Virus record (IMG/VR): IMGVR_UViG_3300005611_000108
Coordinates: 1 to 34,342 of that record
Source of the DNA: a virus
Lineage: Duplodnaviria > Caudoviricetes
Direction: 5' to 3' (one strand)
Length of the DNA: 34,342 nt
Part shown: positions 16,729 through 26,873 of the stretch, piece by piece
How positions within the stretch are numbered: the first letter of the stretch is position 1
Layout: each line of letters starts with the position of its first letter
Translations under genes and position numbers: made by a program
Notes under the pieces: generated by a model
Told to the model about the DNA's origin: nothing
The model's database searches: none
What the model saw: only the letters and a program-made list of their open reading frames with translations

Positions 16729-17399
16729 TTAGCGCCCCCTATTTTTGCAATGATCGCGCCTAAATCTGGTGACTCCCACGGATCAAGCTTTCCTGATCTG
16801 TCTTTAGCCTGCCATAATCCATCGCCTTCACACATTAGCGCCCTTTGAACAATTCCTTCAGCGTCCTTTTCCATTCTTAGCGCCAGCACTTCATCAACTA
16901 AATATGGTATTTGTTGGCCTAATTTAGCGCCGGGCATTGAAGGCGAATATAAAAGCTTGCCTGTTTCGTCTTGCTGCTTTTCGCACTTAGCGGAAAAGTA
17001 AATATTCTTACCTTGGATATCTCTAAATGCGCGCATTAGCTCAAGAACTTGAGTAGCCATTTCACCATAAGCGGCTCGACCGTCTTTATTAACGCTCTTT
17101 TCATGCGCTAAAATCACCTCGCCTATTTCGCTTATCGAATCAATAGCAATGCTTTCAAAGTCGTCACACTCCCCGCTTACGATATACTGATAAGCTTCTT
17201 TTAGATCGCTGTATGATGAAATATTGATATAAGGTATATCTTCACCCTCTAATGACAATAGACCACCCTCGGCGCTTATAATAATTGGATTAGGCAAGGT
17301 TTTAATTAGCGATGTTTTGCCTGATCCAGCCATACCATATACAACAATTTTCACACCATTTGCTTTAGCATCTGACGTGCTTCTTAACTTTATAGCCAT
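16725..17399 (-). CDS. Sak4-like AAA ATPase/recombinase
   Basis: YGMAGSGKT, SAEGG, IDSISE, AKDRSG. Confidence 0.85.
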   Translation of the reverse strand: MAIKLRSTSDAKANGVKIVVYGMAGSGKTSLIKTLPNPIIISAEGGLLSLEGEDIPYINISSYSDLKEAYQYIVSGECDDFESIAIDSISEIGEVILAHEKSVNKDGRAAYGEMATQVLELMRAFRDIQGKNIYFSAKCEKQQDETGKLLYSPSMPGAKLGQQIPYLVDEVLALRMEKDAEGIVQRALMCEGDGLWQAKDRSGKLDPWESPDLGAIIAKIGGAK

Positions 17400-17456
17400 G
17401 TTTGTTTTCTCTCGTTTAAGCAGTGGTTGGTTGATTCCGTTTACTGCATGAGTTGA

Positions 17457-17486
17457 ATATTACATTGCTTTAGTTTAGAGTGTCAA
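17457..17486 (-). promoter_or_regulatory. Leftward sigma70-type promoter in the divergent control region
   Basis: TTGACA-18-TAATAT. Confidence 0.5.
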
Positions 17487-17526
17487 CACTGACAGTAAAG
17501 AAATTTTACAAAAGAAGGTAAAAAAG

Positions 17527-17697
17527 ATGCTCACATTAGAAGAAATAAGAGACAAGCTAAGAGATAGAAATCTTAGCAAGGTTAGCAGGCTATCAGGAGT
17601 AGGCTACAATAATCTATATGCTATAGCTAAAGGCCATAGAAAGAACCCGACCTACAAAATATTAGAAAAGTTAAGTATTTATTTGGAGCAAAATTAA
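17527..17697 (+). CDS. Cro-like HTH regulator, 56 aa (not in ORF track)
   Basis: MLTLEEIRDKLRDRNLSKVSRLSGVGYNNLYAIAKG..KNPTYKILEKL; AGAAGGT RBS; abuts the primase start. Confidence 0.8.
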   Translation: MLTLEEIRDKLRDRNLSKVSRLSGVGYNNLYAIAKGHRKNPTYKILEKLSIYLEQN

Positions 17698-19710
17698 ATG
17701 GCAGACCTTAGAAATATATTAGGCGGTACGTGGACGCCGCCAAAAGAAAAACAAATAGATCCACCAGAGGTACAGCTAAGAGATGCCATGATTGCCGCAG
17801 GCATTGAGCCACCCCAGTTAATACAGTTTGACGGAAAAATACATCGTTTTAGATCAGGCACCAGCGGGAAAAAAGCAGGAGATAAAACAGGCTGGTACGT
17901 AGCTTTTTCTGATGGCGTACCTGCTGGCCGCTTTGGGTGCTGGCGACTAGGTTCTGAAATAACATTTAGGGCGGATATGGGGCGAGAAATAAGCCCAGCG
18001 GAAGAAATGGCAATCGCGAGACGATTAAGCGAAGCCCGCGCAAAACGAGAAGAAGAACAAAAGAAAACACAAGCAGCCGCCATTACTTCTATAGATTCTA
18101 TTTGGTCAAGTTGTGGCGCTGCTAGTCCTGATCATCCATATCTAAAAAGAAAAGGCGTCCAACCTCACGGCGCTAGGGTAACTGGCGACGGGCGTTTAAT
18201 CGTTCCACTATTTAGCAAAGATGGTGAGCTGGCAAGCCTGCAATATATAGATAATGAGGGCGGAAAACTTTATCACTCAGGCGCCGCTACAAAAGGCTTA
18301 TCATGGATGGTCGGATTACATGAAGATAGAGCATCTTCAGTCTATCTAGCTGAAGGTTTTGCAACCGCTGCAACTATTCACGAAGTGACAGGCAAGCCTT
18401 GTGTAGCTGCCTACACAGCATCAAACTTGGTTCCTGTCACTGAAATGCTTTTCGAGCTTTATGGTAATTCTCTCGATCTAATTATAGTCGCAGATAATGA
18501 TGAAAGCGGCATAGGCCAAAAATATGCAGACCAAGCAAGTGCTAAGTTTGGAGCGCGTGTAATTATGCCACCAGAAAAAGGCGATGCCAATGATTATGCG
18601 CAAGCAGGCCATGACATTTTAGAGCTATTAATACCTAAATTAGAATCAGACTGGCTTATACCTGCTGATGATTTTTGTGCTCAACCTGCGCCTATTTCAT
18701 GGCTGGTTAAAGGCTGGCTACAGCGTGATGCTCTTATAATGATTCACGGCCCTAGCGGTGGAGGTAAAACATTTTGTATCTTAGATATGGCGCTAAGAAT
18801 GGCGTCAGGTTTGTCCATGTGGGCTGGACACAAAGTAAATGCAGGTGCAGTCGTTTATTTGGCTGGTGAGGGGCATCACGGATTAAGGGGGCGCATAGCA
18901 GCTTGGAAACAACACAACCAAGCAGGCAAGCTAAATATGTGGCTATCAAAGAGTGGATGCGACCTAAATCAAGCAGAAGGCTATCGAAAGACCGTTGATT
19001 CAATCAGGACTATCAAAACAAATCCGGCCATCATCATAGTTGATACGCTTCATAGATTTTTAAATGGCGACGAAAACAGCGCGCAAGACGCCAAAACTAT
19101 GTTAGATGCTTGCTCAGCTCTCATGAATGAGTTTAGTTGCTCGGTTGTATTAGTCCACCATACAGGCGTTAATAACGAAGCACAACATAGGGCGCGTGGT
19201 TCTAGCGCGTGGCGTGGCGCGCTTGATATTGAAATTAGCGTTATACCTGCCGATGATGATAATCCTATGCAGATAGTACAGCGTAAATCTAAAGATGCTG
19301 AATTGTCACAAGATGTTTATGCCTATCTTGAGAGCGTAGCAATTGAAGGCTGGTTTGATGAAGATCAAGAGCAAGTGACTAGCGCCGTTCTTTCGATCAC
19401 TGAAGACAAGCCAAAAGAAGCCACCAAAAAAGACTCTAAACTAGACAGTCATAAGAAAATATTTGAGCGTGCATGGTGGTCAAGCGGTGCTGAAAATCGA
19501 AACGGAATGCCTTATTTGAGCAGATCAGGATTTAAATCTTTTCTAGTTGAAATGGGGTATAAAGACGGAACTATTAAGAATCACATGAAGCCATCTTATG
19601 AGAACGGGTATCTATACAGCCTATTAAATGCCGAAATTATCGGTGATTTTGAGCATGGTTGGGTGATTTTAGATGCGGTTTGGGGAAGTGCTTTAAATCT
19701 TAGAAAGTGA
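17698..19710 (+). CDS. Primase-helicase (Toprim plus RepA/AAA_25 helicase)
   Basis: HPYLKRKG, LAEGFATA, VADND, GPSGGGKT, IIVDTL, LVHHTG, RGSSA. Confidence 0.92.
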   Translation: MADLRNILGGTWTPPKEKQIDPPEVQLRDAMIAAGIEPPQLIQFDGKIHRFRSGTSGKKAGDKTGWYVAFSDGVPAGRFGCWRLGSEITFRADMGREISPAEEMAIARRLSEARAKREEEQKKTQAAAITSIDSIWSSCGAASPDHPYLKRKGVQPHGARVTGDGRLIVPLFSKDGELASLQYIDNEGGKLYHSGAATKGLSWMVGLHEDRASSVYLAEGFATAATIHEVTGKPCVAAYTASNLVPVTEMLFELYGNSLDLIIVADNDESGIGQKYADQASAKFGARVIMPPEKGDANDYAQAGHDILELLIPKLESDWLIPADDFCAQPAPISWLVKGWLQRDALIMIHGPSGGGKTFCILDMALRMASGLSMWAGHKVNAGAVVYLAGEGHHGLRGRIAAWKQHNQAGKLNMWLSKSGCDLNQAEGYRKTVDSIRTIKTNPAIIIVDTLHRFLNGDENSAQDAKTMLDACSALMNEFSCSVVLVHHTGVNNEAQHRARGSSAWRGALDIEISVIPADDDNPMQIVQRKSKDAELSQDVYAYLESVAIEGWFDEDQEQVTSAVLSITEDKPKEATKKDSKLDSHKKIFERAWWSSGAENRNGMPYLSRSGFKSFLVEMGYKDGTIKNHMKPSYENGYLYSLLNAEIIGDFEHGWVILDAVWGSALNLRK

Positions 19711-19736
19711 CCTAAAAAGTGCCCTACATTGCTTAT

Positions 19737-19853
19737 GGTACAAATGGGTACGCGTCGCGGAGCTAGCGTATCCCTTTTTTTGTACCCTGTCAAGCATGTT
19801 TTTGTCGATCTAGGGTACAAGGTACAAAAATACCATCTTGTACCTTTTGTACC
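19737..19853. repeat. GGTACAA iteron cluster, putative replication origin
   Basis: Forward copies at 19737, 19814, 19821; reverse copies at 19780, 19838, 19847; followed by an AT-rich tract. Confidence 0.6.
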
Positions 19854-19968
19854 TGTTTAAGCATACAGCACATTCATTAATTGCAAAACAACAATAAAAC
19901 ACTTAATATAAAACAACTAACAGATAGGGATGGATGTTGTTTTATTTATTAAAATTTTTGGAGTATGT

Positions 19969-20136
19969 ATGGATAAAAAAATTATTGACTTATCGCTATG
20001 CGGCGCGTGTGGATTTTTGGCGTTATGGTGCGTTGGCGATGTTATAGCAGATCATGAAGTTTTATTTAATCTGTTTACTGGCATTGCAAACTCTATTTTT
20101 TGTGTTATTTCGTATAACAAAGCTACTTGTGTATAA
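19969..20136 (+). CDS. Small 2-TM membrane protein
   Basis: ATG 19969 after GGAG; hydrophobic. Confidence 0.5.
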   Translation: MDKKIIDLSLCGACGFLALWCVGDVIADHEVLFNLFTGIANSIFCVISYNKATCV

Positions 20137-20152
20137 CAACAGAGGAATAAAA

Positions 20153-20353
20153 ATGAACAACGACGAAATCAAAAATATTATTGCCGAACTCAAAGCGAAC
20201 GGTTTTAAGCTGAATGCGATAGAAAATCATCTTGGATTTGCTAAGGGTAAATTCAATAATTTTAAATACGATATGACCAGTTTCACTGATGCAGAAAAAG
20301 CGAGCTTGGTTAAATATCACAAAACTGCTTTGAAGTTGGCGGGGAAAATTTAG
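20153..20353 (+). CDS. Small HTH-like protein
   Basis: ATG 20153 after AGAGGA; GFKLNAIENHLGFAKGKFNN. Confidence 0.55.
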   Translation: MNNDEIKNIIAELKANGFKLNAIENHLGFAKGKFNNFKYDMTSFTDAEKASLVKYHKTALKLAGKI

Positions 20354-20415
20354 GCATCTTTACACTGTAAAGTTAGAATAATAATACCCACAAAAAACAT
20401 AGGGTTATAAAAAAT

Positions 20416-20613
20416 ATGAGCCATGAAGACTTTAAGCAACAATTAGACCAACTTGAGGCGGCGCTAGATAAATCAATCCAGGGCTACGCAGATGCTATCG
20501 AAACAGCATACAAATACGGAGCGCTCGACGCGTTTTATGACAACCTAGCGAACCCACCAGCGGTATTGTGGGCTAGATCAAAACTTAAAAAAGAATTGGA
20601 GCGTAAGGAATGA
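20416..20613 (+). CDS. Hypothetical protein
   Basis: 65 aa; ATGA-coupled to the next gene. Confidence 0.55.
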   Translation: MSHEDFKQQLDQLEAALDKSIQGYADAIETAYKYGALDAFYDNLANPPAVLWARSKLKKELERKE

Positions 20614-20891
20614 GTGACTATGACAAAGAGTTTTATGGCGAGTATAACGACCAAATAAACAATCCATCACACTATCAAATCATGCCAGGAGTTGAAGTTA
20701 TTCACGTTCGACGCGCATTGATGGATAAAATACCATCTGGAGCTAATTATAACGCCATAGATGAATGGAGCAGAGCTTGGGAGTACCTGACTAGAGCTTG
20801 GAGCAAAAACGGCTTAGAAGACTTTAAAAAGGCTCAGGTGTATTTGGGCTGGTTGATTGAGCGCTTAGAATCGGAAGATAAAAATAATTAA
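20610..20891 (+). CDS. DUF3310 family (T7 gp1.7-like) protein
   Basis: INNPSHY...EVI...YLTRA..KNGLEDFKKAQVYL. Confidence 0.8.
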   Translation: MSDYDKEFYGEYNDQINNPSHYQIMPGVEVIHVRRALMDKIPSGANYNAIDEWSRAWEYLTRAWSKNGLEDFKKAQVYLGWLIERLESEDKNN

Positions 20892-20901
20892 CAAAAACAC
20901 C

Positions 20902-20930
20902 TTTACAGGTTAATAATAAAATACTAATCT
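20902..20930 (+). promoter_or_regulatory. Sigma70-type promoter, paralog of the 8925-8953 promoter
   Basis: TTTACA-17-TAATCT with shared flanking sequence. Confidence 0.6.
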
Positions 20931-20962
20931 TAGCTTTCTAACTAAAAACAAGGGGAAACAAA

Positions 20963-21025
20963 ATGATCTATGAAATATTAGCACTAGCGGTTGTTTGTTT
21001 GGCTTTCGGAGTATGGGCGCAATGA
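20963..21025 (+). CDS. 20-aa hydrophobic peptide (not in ORF track)
   Basis: MIYEILALAVVCLAFGVWAQ; AAGGGGA RBS; ATGA-coupled to 21022. Confidence 0.55.
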   Translation: MIYEILALAVVCLAFGVWAQ

Positions 21026-21255
21026 ACATCAAACTAGAAGACCTAACACTAAAGCAACTAACAAGCGTCGAAGAGTGTATTTACAATTCTGACTACGTGT
21101 TCACAGATGACCAGTTCAGAGCGTTCATAGATCAACAGCTTGAGTTCGGACTCGATCCAATCGAGCTAGAACTGCAAGAAGAGGTTGTTTATATTTACGA
21201 TACGATTTACTACTTTGAGGATTTGATAGCAAAGGGTGAGTATGAGCAAAACTAA
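21022..21255 (+). CDS. Acidic hypothetical protein
   Basis: ATG 21022 coupled to the peptide stop; D/E-rich. Confidence 0.6.
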   Translation: MNIKLEDLTLKQLTSVEECIYNSDYVFTDDQFRAFIDQQLEFGLDPIELELQEEVVYIYDTIYYFEDLIAKGEYEQN

Positions 21256-21430
21256 CAAAGAATATCAGGATTACCGTTCAATCTGGCGCAATAAACCCGC
21301 GCCAGTTATTGAGGCTGAAATACACGTAATAGAGGTTTGGGCGCACGAGATCGATAAATATTTGCATCGTGAGGCGCTAAAGTCGGAACAAAAACTAGAA
21401 ATATTGAACGGGTTGCTAGGAGAACGATAA
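21242..21430 (+). CDS. Hypothetical protein
   Basis: ATG 21242 after AAAGGGTGAG. Confidence 0.55.
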   Translation: MSKTNKEYQDYRSIWRNKPAPVIEAEIHVIEVWAHEIDKYLHREALKSEQKLEILNGLLGER

Positions 21431-21588
21431 TGGAACAATTTAAACTAACATACGTTATGAACGATAAGCCGCGTCAGTATTTAACGCGTGCTGATGACGG
21501 TTTTCAAGCAGAACAGAAGTTTTTAACTTGGGCTAATATGCTTGATTTGCCAGTTCGAGTAGTCAGCGTTGAAAGGATTTCAATATGA
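21430..21588 (+). CDS. Hypothetical protein, 52 aa (not in ORF track)
   Basis: MEQFKLTYVMNDKPRQY...; TAATG and ATGA coupling. Confidence 0.6.
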   Translation: MEQFKLTYVMNDKPRQYLTRADDGFQAEQKFLTWANMLDLPVRVVSVERISI

Positions 21589-21782
21589 CAACGCTACACA
21601 GCATCAACCAAGGCACACAAAAAGCAATCATTGAGAAGTTCAATCAACTGGTCGAAGTAAGCTATGCAAATTTACACGGTCACGTCATGCTGATAGATTC
21701 AATCGAACATTACGAGCAAAACGGACTTGATGCACGCCATGTACTAAAGCTGCTGAATGATCACATAGCAACTACGCATTAA
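21585..21782 (+). CDS. Hypothetical protein
   Basis: 65 aa; AAGGA RBS. Confidence 0.55.
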   Translation: MTTLHSINQGTQKAIIEKFNQLVEVSYANLHGHVMLIDSIEHYEQNGLDARHVLKLLNDHIATTH

Positions 21783-21843
21783 TTGTATTCTTGTCAATAA
21801 CAAATTAAACTAAGCGCATACGAAACCATTTAAGGTCTTTGCT

Positions 21844-22212
21844 ATGCGCTTTCTTATTTTTATACCTCTCCTATTCTTGTTTTTGCTTGCCCCTATTTTG
21901 GCGTTTGCCACTGATATTGTATTAACATGGGACACACCGACGCATAGAGAAGACGGCTCTCAGATAGAGCAGATTGACCACTTTAATTTATACACGTCTA
22001 TCAACAACACAGCGCAACCCATTACGCAACTAGATGGCGCTGCTACAACTTATCAACTCGACAATGCAGAGCCCGGAAACTACACTTTCAATATTAGCAC
22101 TGTTGAGTTTGGGCAAGAGGGTGCGCAATCAGAGCCTGTTAGCATCAACATAAACGAGAAGATCATATCTAGAATTGGCAAGGTTAAGATAACTATTGAG
22201 GCCGTTGAATAA
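21844..22212 (+). CDS. Exported fibronectin type III domain protein
   Basis: Signal peptide ending AFA; VLTWDTP..REDGS, FNLY, PGNYTFNISTV. Confidence 0.7.
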   Translation: MRFLIFIPLLFLFLLAPILAFATDIVLTWDTPTHREDGSQIEQIDHFNLYTSINNTAQPITQLDGAATTYQLDNAEPGNYTFNISTVEFGQEGAQSEPVSININEKIISRIGKVKITIEAVE

Positions 22213-25200
22213 TGGCTTACGTTGTAAATACAAAAACCACTGCTGGCACTGGCGGAAGCGTCACTGTAAACCTACCCGCACATCTCGATGATGATGTGGT
22301 GTTTATATTTGTTAGTGGACTTAACGGCACTGGAATAACTGCGCCTGCCGGTTGGGAATCTATCGGCACACTTAGTAACTCAGGAAGCGCACGAAATGCG
22401 TGTTTCTATCAGCGCGCAGTTACTGCTCCATTATCCGCACCTACAGTAACATCTTCTAACGGTTCTTTTAAGCTAGGCGCCGTATCTATTGTTGTAAGGG
22501 GTGCTGACGTATCTACCACAACATCTGCTTTTGATGCCTTTGCAGAAGGCACAACAGGAGGAGCTTTATCTGTAACTAGCTCAGCCTTAACACTTGCGGA
22601 TTCTAATGAATTAATCTTATTAGTAACAACGGGCGAACGATCAGCCGAAGACCCTTTCTTTGCCGCTGGTGACTGCATAGATTTAGAATATATTAACGAC
22701 ACTGTCAGCGCGCATTTTATACTTGGAGCCGGTTATACATATAGCCAGACATCACCAAGCCCTCAATACACCTCATATACAGCAGATGATGCAAGCAGCG
22801 GTATGGGTATATTTGCTATTGGCGTGATTGATAATGGAAATGGTCACGTAGCTGGATACTCAAAGCAGGGAACAGCAGCGGATTTAATATACTTCAATAT
22901 AGCTAGCCATGCTGACGCGATAACTGGTCAAGTAGATGTAACAGATGTATCGTTCACGCCACAAATCAGTAGTGTTACAAGCGCAGAGAGCAGTGTCACA
23001 CAAACAACTATAAACGACAGCTTCACTGGTGAGGGTGCTGTACATAAACTATTCCCAAACCCTATTGGCGTTGCTTTGCAGTCTAACAGCTCGGAGACAG
23101 GCAATCTGCTAATGAGAGGAATAACGCTTACAAGCACAATAGACTTGTCAAACTCAAGACTGTCTATGTCAGCAGCGGCAGACTCTATAAACGTCGCATC
23201 TCTGGATGATCTTGGCAGACTGATAGGCTTTGGCGACGCAACTAATGCTAGTATGTTCTTGTATGACGGTAAGGATGCGGCAGTAAAATCTACGTTAGGA
23301 ATTCAAACATACGTTATAGACACAGCAGCTACAGGCTACGAAATAGACACCTTTGGTGGTGGTTCACTAAATTGGGCGGCTGTTAAGCATATAATTCATG
23401 GCGTAATGCCATCAAGTTATAGCGGTTATTATTTCTACACCGGGCCATTATATAAATTATCAGCAATGACTATGTTGGGAGGTAGTAGTACCTTACCATG
23501 CACATTTGATGATTGCGCAAAAGCCGCTATAGGTGGAGCATTAAATACAGTAACAAATCAGTCAGGACAAACAAAAGGGCAGTTTTATTCGCTTCAAGAT
23601 ATAACTATTGGTGATGGAACTAATAGCATCTATTGGAAGTCTCAGTATCAAGCCATCGAGTTTCCTCAAGCTTACAATTACTCACGAGGCATAGTTCAGG
23701 CGCAAACTGACGCATCATCAACCACGTTAAAAATATTAGCGTCTGCTAGCTGCACAATGGATTTTGATGTAACCACTATTGACATGGGCAACTATCATAA
23801 TTTTACTGTGGATGCCTCTTCTAGTTCTTCTGCTACATACAGTTTTGAGAGTTGTATTATTCTGAACGCTACACCAACCTTACAATCTGTTGGATTAGAT
23901 AAATATAGTGGGATGTCTTTAATAGGCTGTAAAGAATTAACAATCAACGGCTTTGACAATAAGGCAACTAAAACACTTGGAAGTGTAACGGTCTCAAATT
24001 GTGTAGATAGTTATGCAGTCACTGTGACGAGCGAGGATGAGTTCGGAGCACTCACTGACTGTATATTTAAAAATAATGCCACAGCCATATTAATAACAGG
24101 CAATCAAACCGGCTCTTGGTCAGACCCAAATTTAACCGTTAGTGGCAACACTTACGATATTGAGTACTCAGGAACAACAGACTTTAGCATTCAGTCTGCA
24201 AACGTTTTGACGGTTAATAATTCAAGCACTGGTACACTAACAACAGTTACCCCTACTTTTGACTTGACTGTAAATTCTAGCCAAACAGGCAGTACTATTA
24301 ATGTGTTTACTACTTCGACTCAAACTGTATTAGACACTGAAGCTTCAGCTAGTCAGCTCGTTTACACTCACTCAAGCGAAACGGTTGACATAACTGTACT
24401 AAAAGACGGCTATATTCCTTACAGACAGACAGGTTTAGCCTTGTCTGGTACGGTCACGATTGACGTGCAGCTAGTTAAATCAAGAGAATATAATTCTAGC
24501 CATGGATTAACTTATACGACAGATGCAAGCTGGTCACGTTCTTTGAACCAACTAACTGTTCCTACATGGGGAGTTACTGGCCAGAATGTCTTCAGCTTGA
24601 TTCTTGAGTCATTTAGAACTCAGTCAACACTTGCCAATACAGCCTTTAATTTAGAGATGGATGGTGCTAGTTCACTGTTTTTAACTAATGGAGCTGAAGG
24701 CGCTAGTGATGCAAGTATAGAAAATTTAATCGAGTGTGGTACTGCCTATTTAGATAGCTCAGGTGTAACTACTGCTTCATGGGTAGCAGTTAAGTCGGTA
24801 GGCAATGCAAGCGGTTTTACTGGCGAATATCAGCAAGTAGACGGAAGTGGAACAACAGATGCCAGAGCAACTGGCATATTTAACGAAGCCATAAAAATGT
24901 ATGGCGATGTTAGTCACGGTAATTTTGATTATAGGGGGCACTTGGTACTTAAATACCAAGTAAATACGTATAGAGAAGCTAGAGTAGATGTCATAGATAG
25001 TTATGGCCTGTCTACACTGTCACCAACTTTATATATTGTTGCGCTTGAGCCTGTAGCAATAGATATTACGGCGGGTGATCCAGCAATAAGTATTACTATA
25101 GTTGATCATACCGGCGCACCTTTAGTTGTTGGCGGTAAGTCTTTTGATTTTGAAATACAAGACAATGGCGCAAATAGTGCAGAAGATATTCTAAGAGAGT

Positions 25201-26459
25201 TAAATTATAACTTATCACTAGATGCGACTTATCAAGGGCGCGACCCGTTCAACTGGCCCGAATTGGTTTTGCAGTCTGGCACAACATACGAAACAATTAG
25301 AGGTGTTGTCGAGGGCTTATCTGGTGAGCATGGCGTATATGTTAGCCGTAGCGCCGCAGATCACCCTGACTTTGTAAGGCATCAATCAAACGACGGAACA
25401 TACTACGTTAAGCCAGTGTTAGCGAATGGCTCTATATCTGGCATCACAGCCGGTTCAAGATTGCGTATCTACAATGAGACAACAGCAACAGAAACAGTAA
25501 ACGCAATCAACGCGACCACTAGCTATTCTATAAACTATACAGAAGGCACAACATACACAGCCGGTGATGTAATATCTATTTATTTGACATACCAGAGCGG
25601 AACAAGTGCAAAGCTTGGATTTAGTACTTCAGCTATAGCGTCAAGCATAGGCTGGTCAGCTATCGCTAGTCAACTAGATGATGATGTATATAACACAAAC
25701 GCTATAGACGGATCAACGCTGACAAAATTCACAGCGGATTATGTAAACGATGAGATTGATTTAACAACGGCGACAAACTTTACCGGCCCAGAAGTCTATG
25801 CGTTTTATGTTTTTGCAATCACTAGCGCTGATGGCATTCGCAATTCATTTGGCGGATTTACCGCGCTAGATTCTGGAAATTATCGGAATAATGTTAGTGT
25901 TGTTAGCATGAAGCTGGATAACACAACAACTACTGAAGTGTGGCAAACGGACACGTCAAGAATATTTAGAACAGACAGCGCAAGACCTGTCAGAAATCCA
26001 ACAAGCGGCGGGGGCGGGATCGACGTAAACTGGCAAAACGTAGTTTATGTTGTAACAGCAGGTAGCGGGTTAACGGCAGGTCAAGCGGCAGAACTAACAG
26101 CAGCGGCACAAGCTTCGACAGTCAACACTAAAATAGGCACGCCAGCGGTAACGGTTAGTGATGATATTGCTGCAATATCGGCAGGTGGTGACGCTACGCA
26201 AGCAAAACAAGATATTATCATCGCTGATTTGGCGGTAGTAGATGCTATTGTGGATTCAATTCTAGAAGATACAAGCACAACAATACCCGCACAAATAGCA
26301 GGGTTAATTGCACCTGATAATGCAAGCATAACAGCCATAAAAGCAAAAACAGACTCTTTGACATTCACTAAAGCGAATGAATTAGACTCGAACATACAAA
26401 GCGTAAATGACGTAACGGTTCAAGGCACTGGCTCAACCGGCGATGAGTGGGGGCCGTAG
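22212..26459 (+). CDS. Large beta-rich multidomain virion fibre/adhesin-like protein (1415 aa)
   Basis: S/T/G-rich with no signal peptide; C-terminal coiled segment ...AIKAKTDSLTFT...EWGP. Confidence 0.6.
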   Translation: MAYVVNTKTTAGTGGSVTVNLPAHLDDDVVFIFVSGLNGTGITAPAGWESIGTLSNSGSARNACFYQRAVTAPLSAPTVTSSNGSFKLGAVSIVVRGADVSTTTSAFDAFAEGTTGGALSVTSSALTLADSNELILLVTTGERSAEDPFFAAGDCIDLEYINDTVSAHFILGAGYTYSQTSPSPQYTSYTADDASSGMGIFAIGVIDNGNGHVAGYSKQGTAADLIYFNIASHADAITGQVDVTDVSFTPQISSVTSAESSVTQTTINDSFTGEGAVHKLFPNPIGVALQSNSSETGNLLMRGITLTSTIDLSNSRLSMSAAADSINVASLDDLGRLIGFGDATNASMFLYDGKDAAVKSTLGIQTYVIDTAATGYEIDTFGGGSLNWAAVKHIIHGVMPSSYSGYYFYTGPLYKLSAMTMLGGSSTLPCTFDDCAKAAIGGALNTVTNQSGQTKGQFYSLQDITIGDGTNSIYWKSQYQAIEFPQAYNYSRGIVQAQTDASSTTLKILASASCTMDFDVTTIDMGNYHNFTVDASSSSSATYSFESCIILNATPTLQSVGLDKYSGMSLIGCKELTINGFDNKATKTLGSVTVSNCVDSYAVTVTSEDEFGALTDCIFKNNATAILITGNQTGSWSDPNLTVSGNTYDIEYSGTTDFSIQSANVLTVNNSSTGTLTTVTPTFDLTVNSSQTGSTINVFTTSTQTVLDTEASASQLVYTHSSETVDITVLKDGYIPYRQTGLALSGTVTIDVQLVKSREYNSSHGLTYTTDASWSRSLNQLTVPTWGVTGQNVFSLILESFRTQSTLANTAFNLEMDGASSLFLTNGAEGASDASIENLIECGTAYLDSSGVTTASWVAVKSVGNASGFTGEYQQVDGSGTTDARATGIFNEAIKMYGDVSHGNFDYRGHLVLKYQVNTYREARVDVIDSYGLSTLSPTLYIVALEPVAIDITAGDPAISITIVDHTGAPLVVGGKSFDFEIQDNGANSAEDILRELNYNLSLDATYQGRDPFNWPELVLQSGTTYETIRGVVEGLSGEHGVYVSRSAADHPDFVRHQSNDGTYYVKPVLANGSISGITAGSRLRIYNETTATETVNAINATTSYSINYTEGTTYTAGDVISIYLTYQSGTSAKLGFSTSAIASSIGWSAIASQLDDDVYNTNAIDGSTLTKFTADYVNDEIDLTTATNFTGPEVYAFYVFAITSADGIRNSFGGFTALDSGNYRNNVSVVSMKLDNTTTTEVWQTDTSRIFRTDSARPVRNPTSGGGGIDVNWQNVVYVVTAGSGLTAGQAAELTAAAQASTVNTKIGTPAVTVSDDIAAISAGGDATQAKQDIIIADLAVVDAIVDSILEDTSTTIPAQIAGLIAPDNASITAIKAKTDSLTFTKANELDSNIQSVNDVTVQGTGSTGDEWGP

Positions 26460-26873
26460 GTGGCTAGCTCGTGGGGGTTAAGTTGGTACAATTCATGGGC
26501 TAATAGTTGGGGCGTCTTAACACCTGACGTCATTACTGTAGGCAATGGTATATATGTAGATGGCGTATTTGGTAGCGGTTTCTTTTTAGATAAAGATTTT
26601 GATAATGGCGTATTTCTAAATAAAAGCTTTGGCCTTGCATCTTCTATTACGTCATGCTTTTCGCTAGGCGCATCAATTAGTGGTTGCTTTTCTGTAGGCG
26701 CATTTAAATCTTTAGTCTTTGGGAGTTGCGAAGTCGTAGCGGCTACGTTTTCCCAAAGTTTGCTCAAAACTAAAACAACGGCTTATAATGTAACAAATAG
26801 TAGCGTTTTCGGCTCATCGGTAACAAAAAACGCGTCTTTCGGTAGCGGAGTATCAAAAAATGAGCAATATTAA
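26460..26873 (+). CDS. Decapeptide-repeat structural protein
   Basis: N-terminal SWxx repeats, then ten 10-residue units with Phe at position 3 in nine of them. Confidence 0.6.
   Translation: MASSWGLSWYNSWANSWGVLTPDVITVGNGIYVDGVFGSGFFLDKDFDNGVFLNKSFGLASSITSCFSLGASISGCFSVGAFKSLVFGSCEVVAATFSQSLLKTKTTAYNVTNSSVFGSSVTKNASFGSGVSKNEQY

Noticed and set aside
20112-20140. Two GTATAACAA copies resembling attC R''
   Set aside because: No downstream palindrome or GTTRRRY partner.
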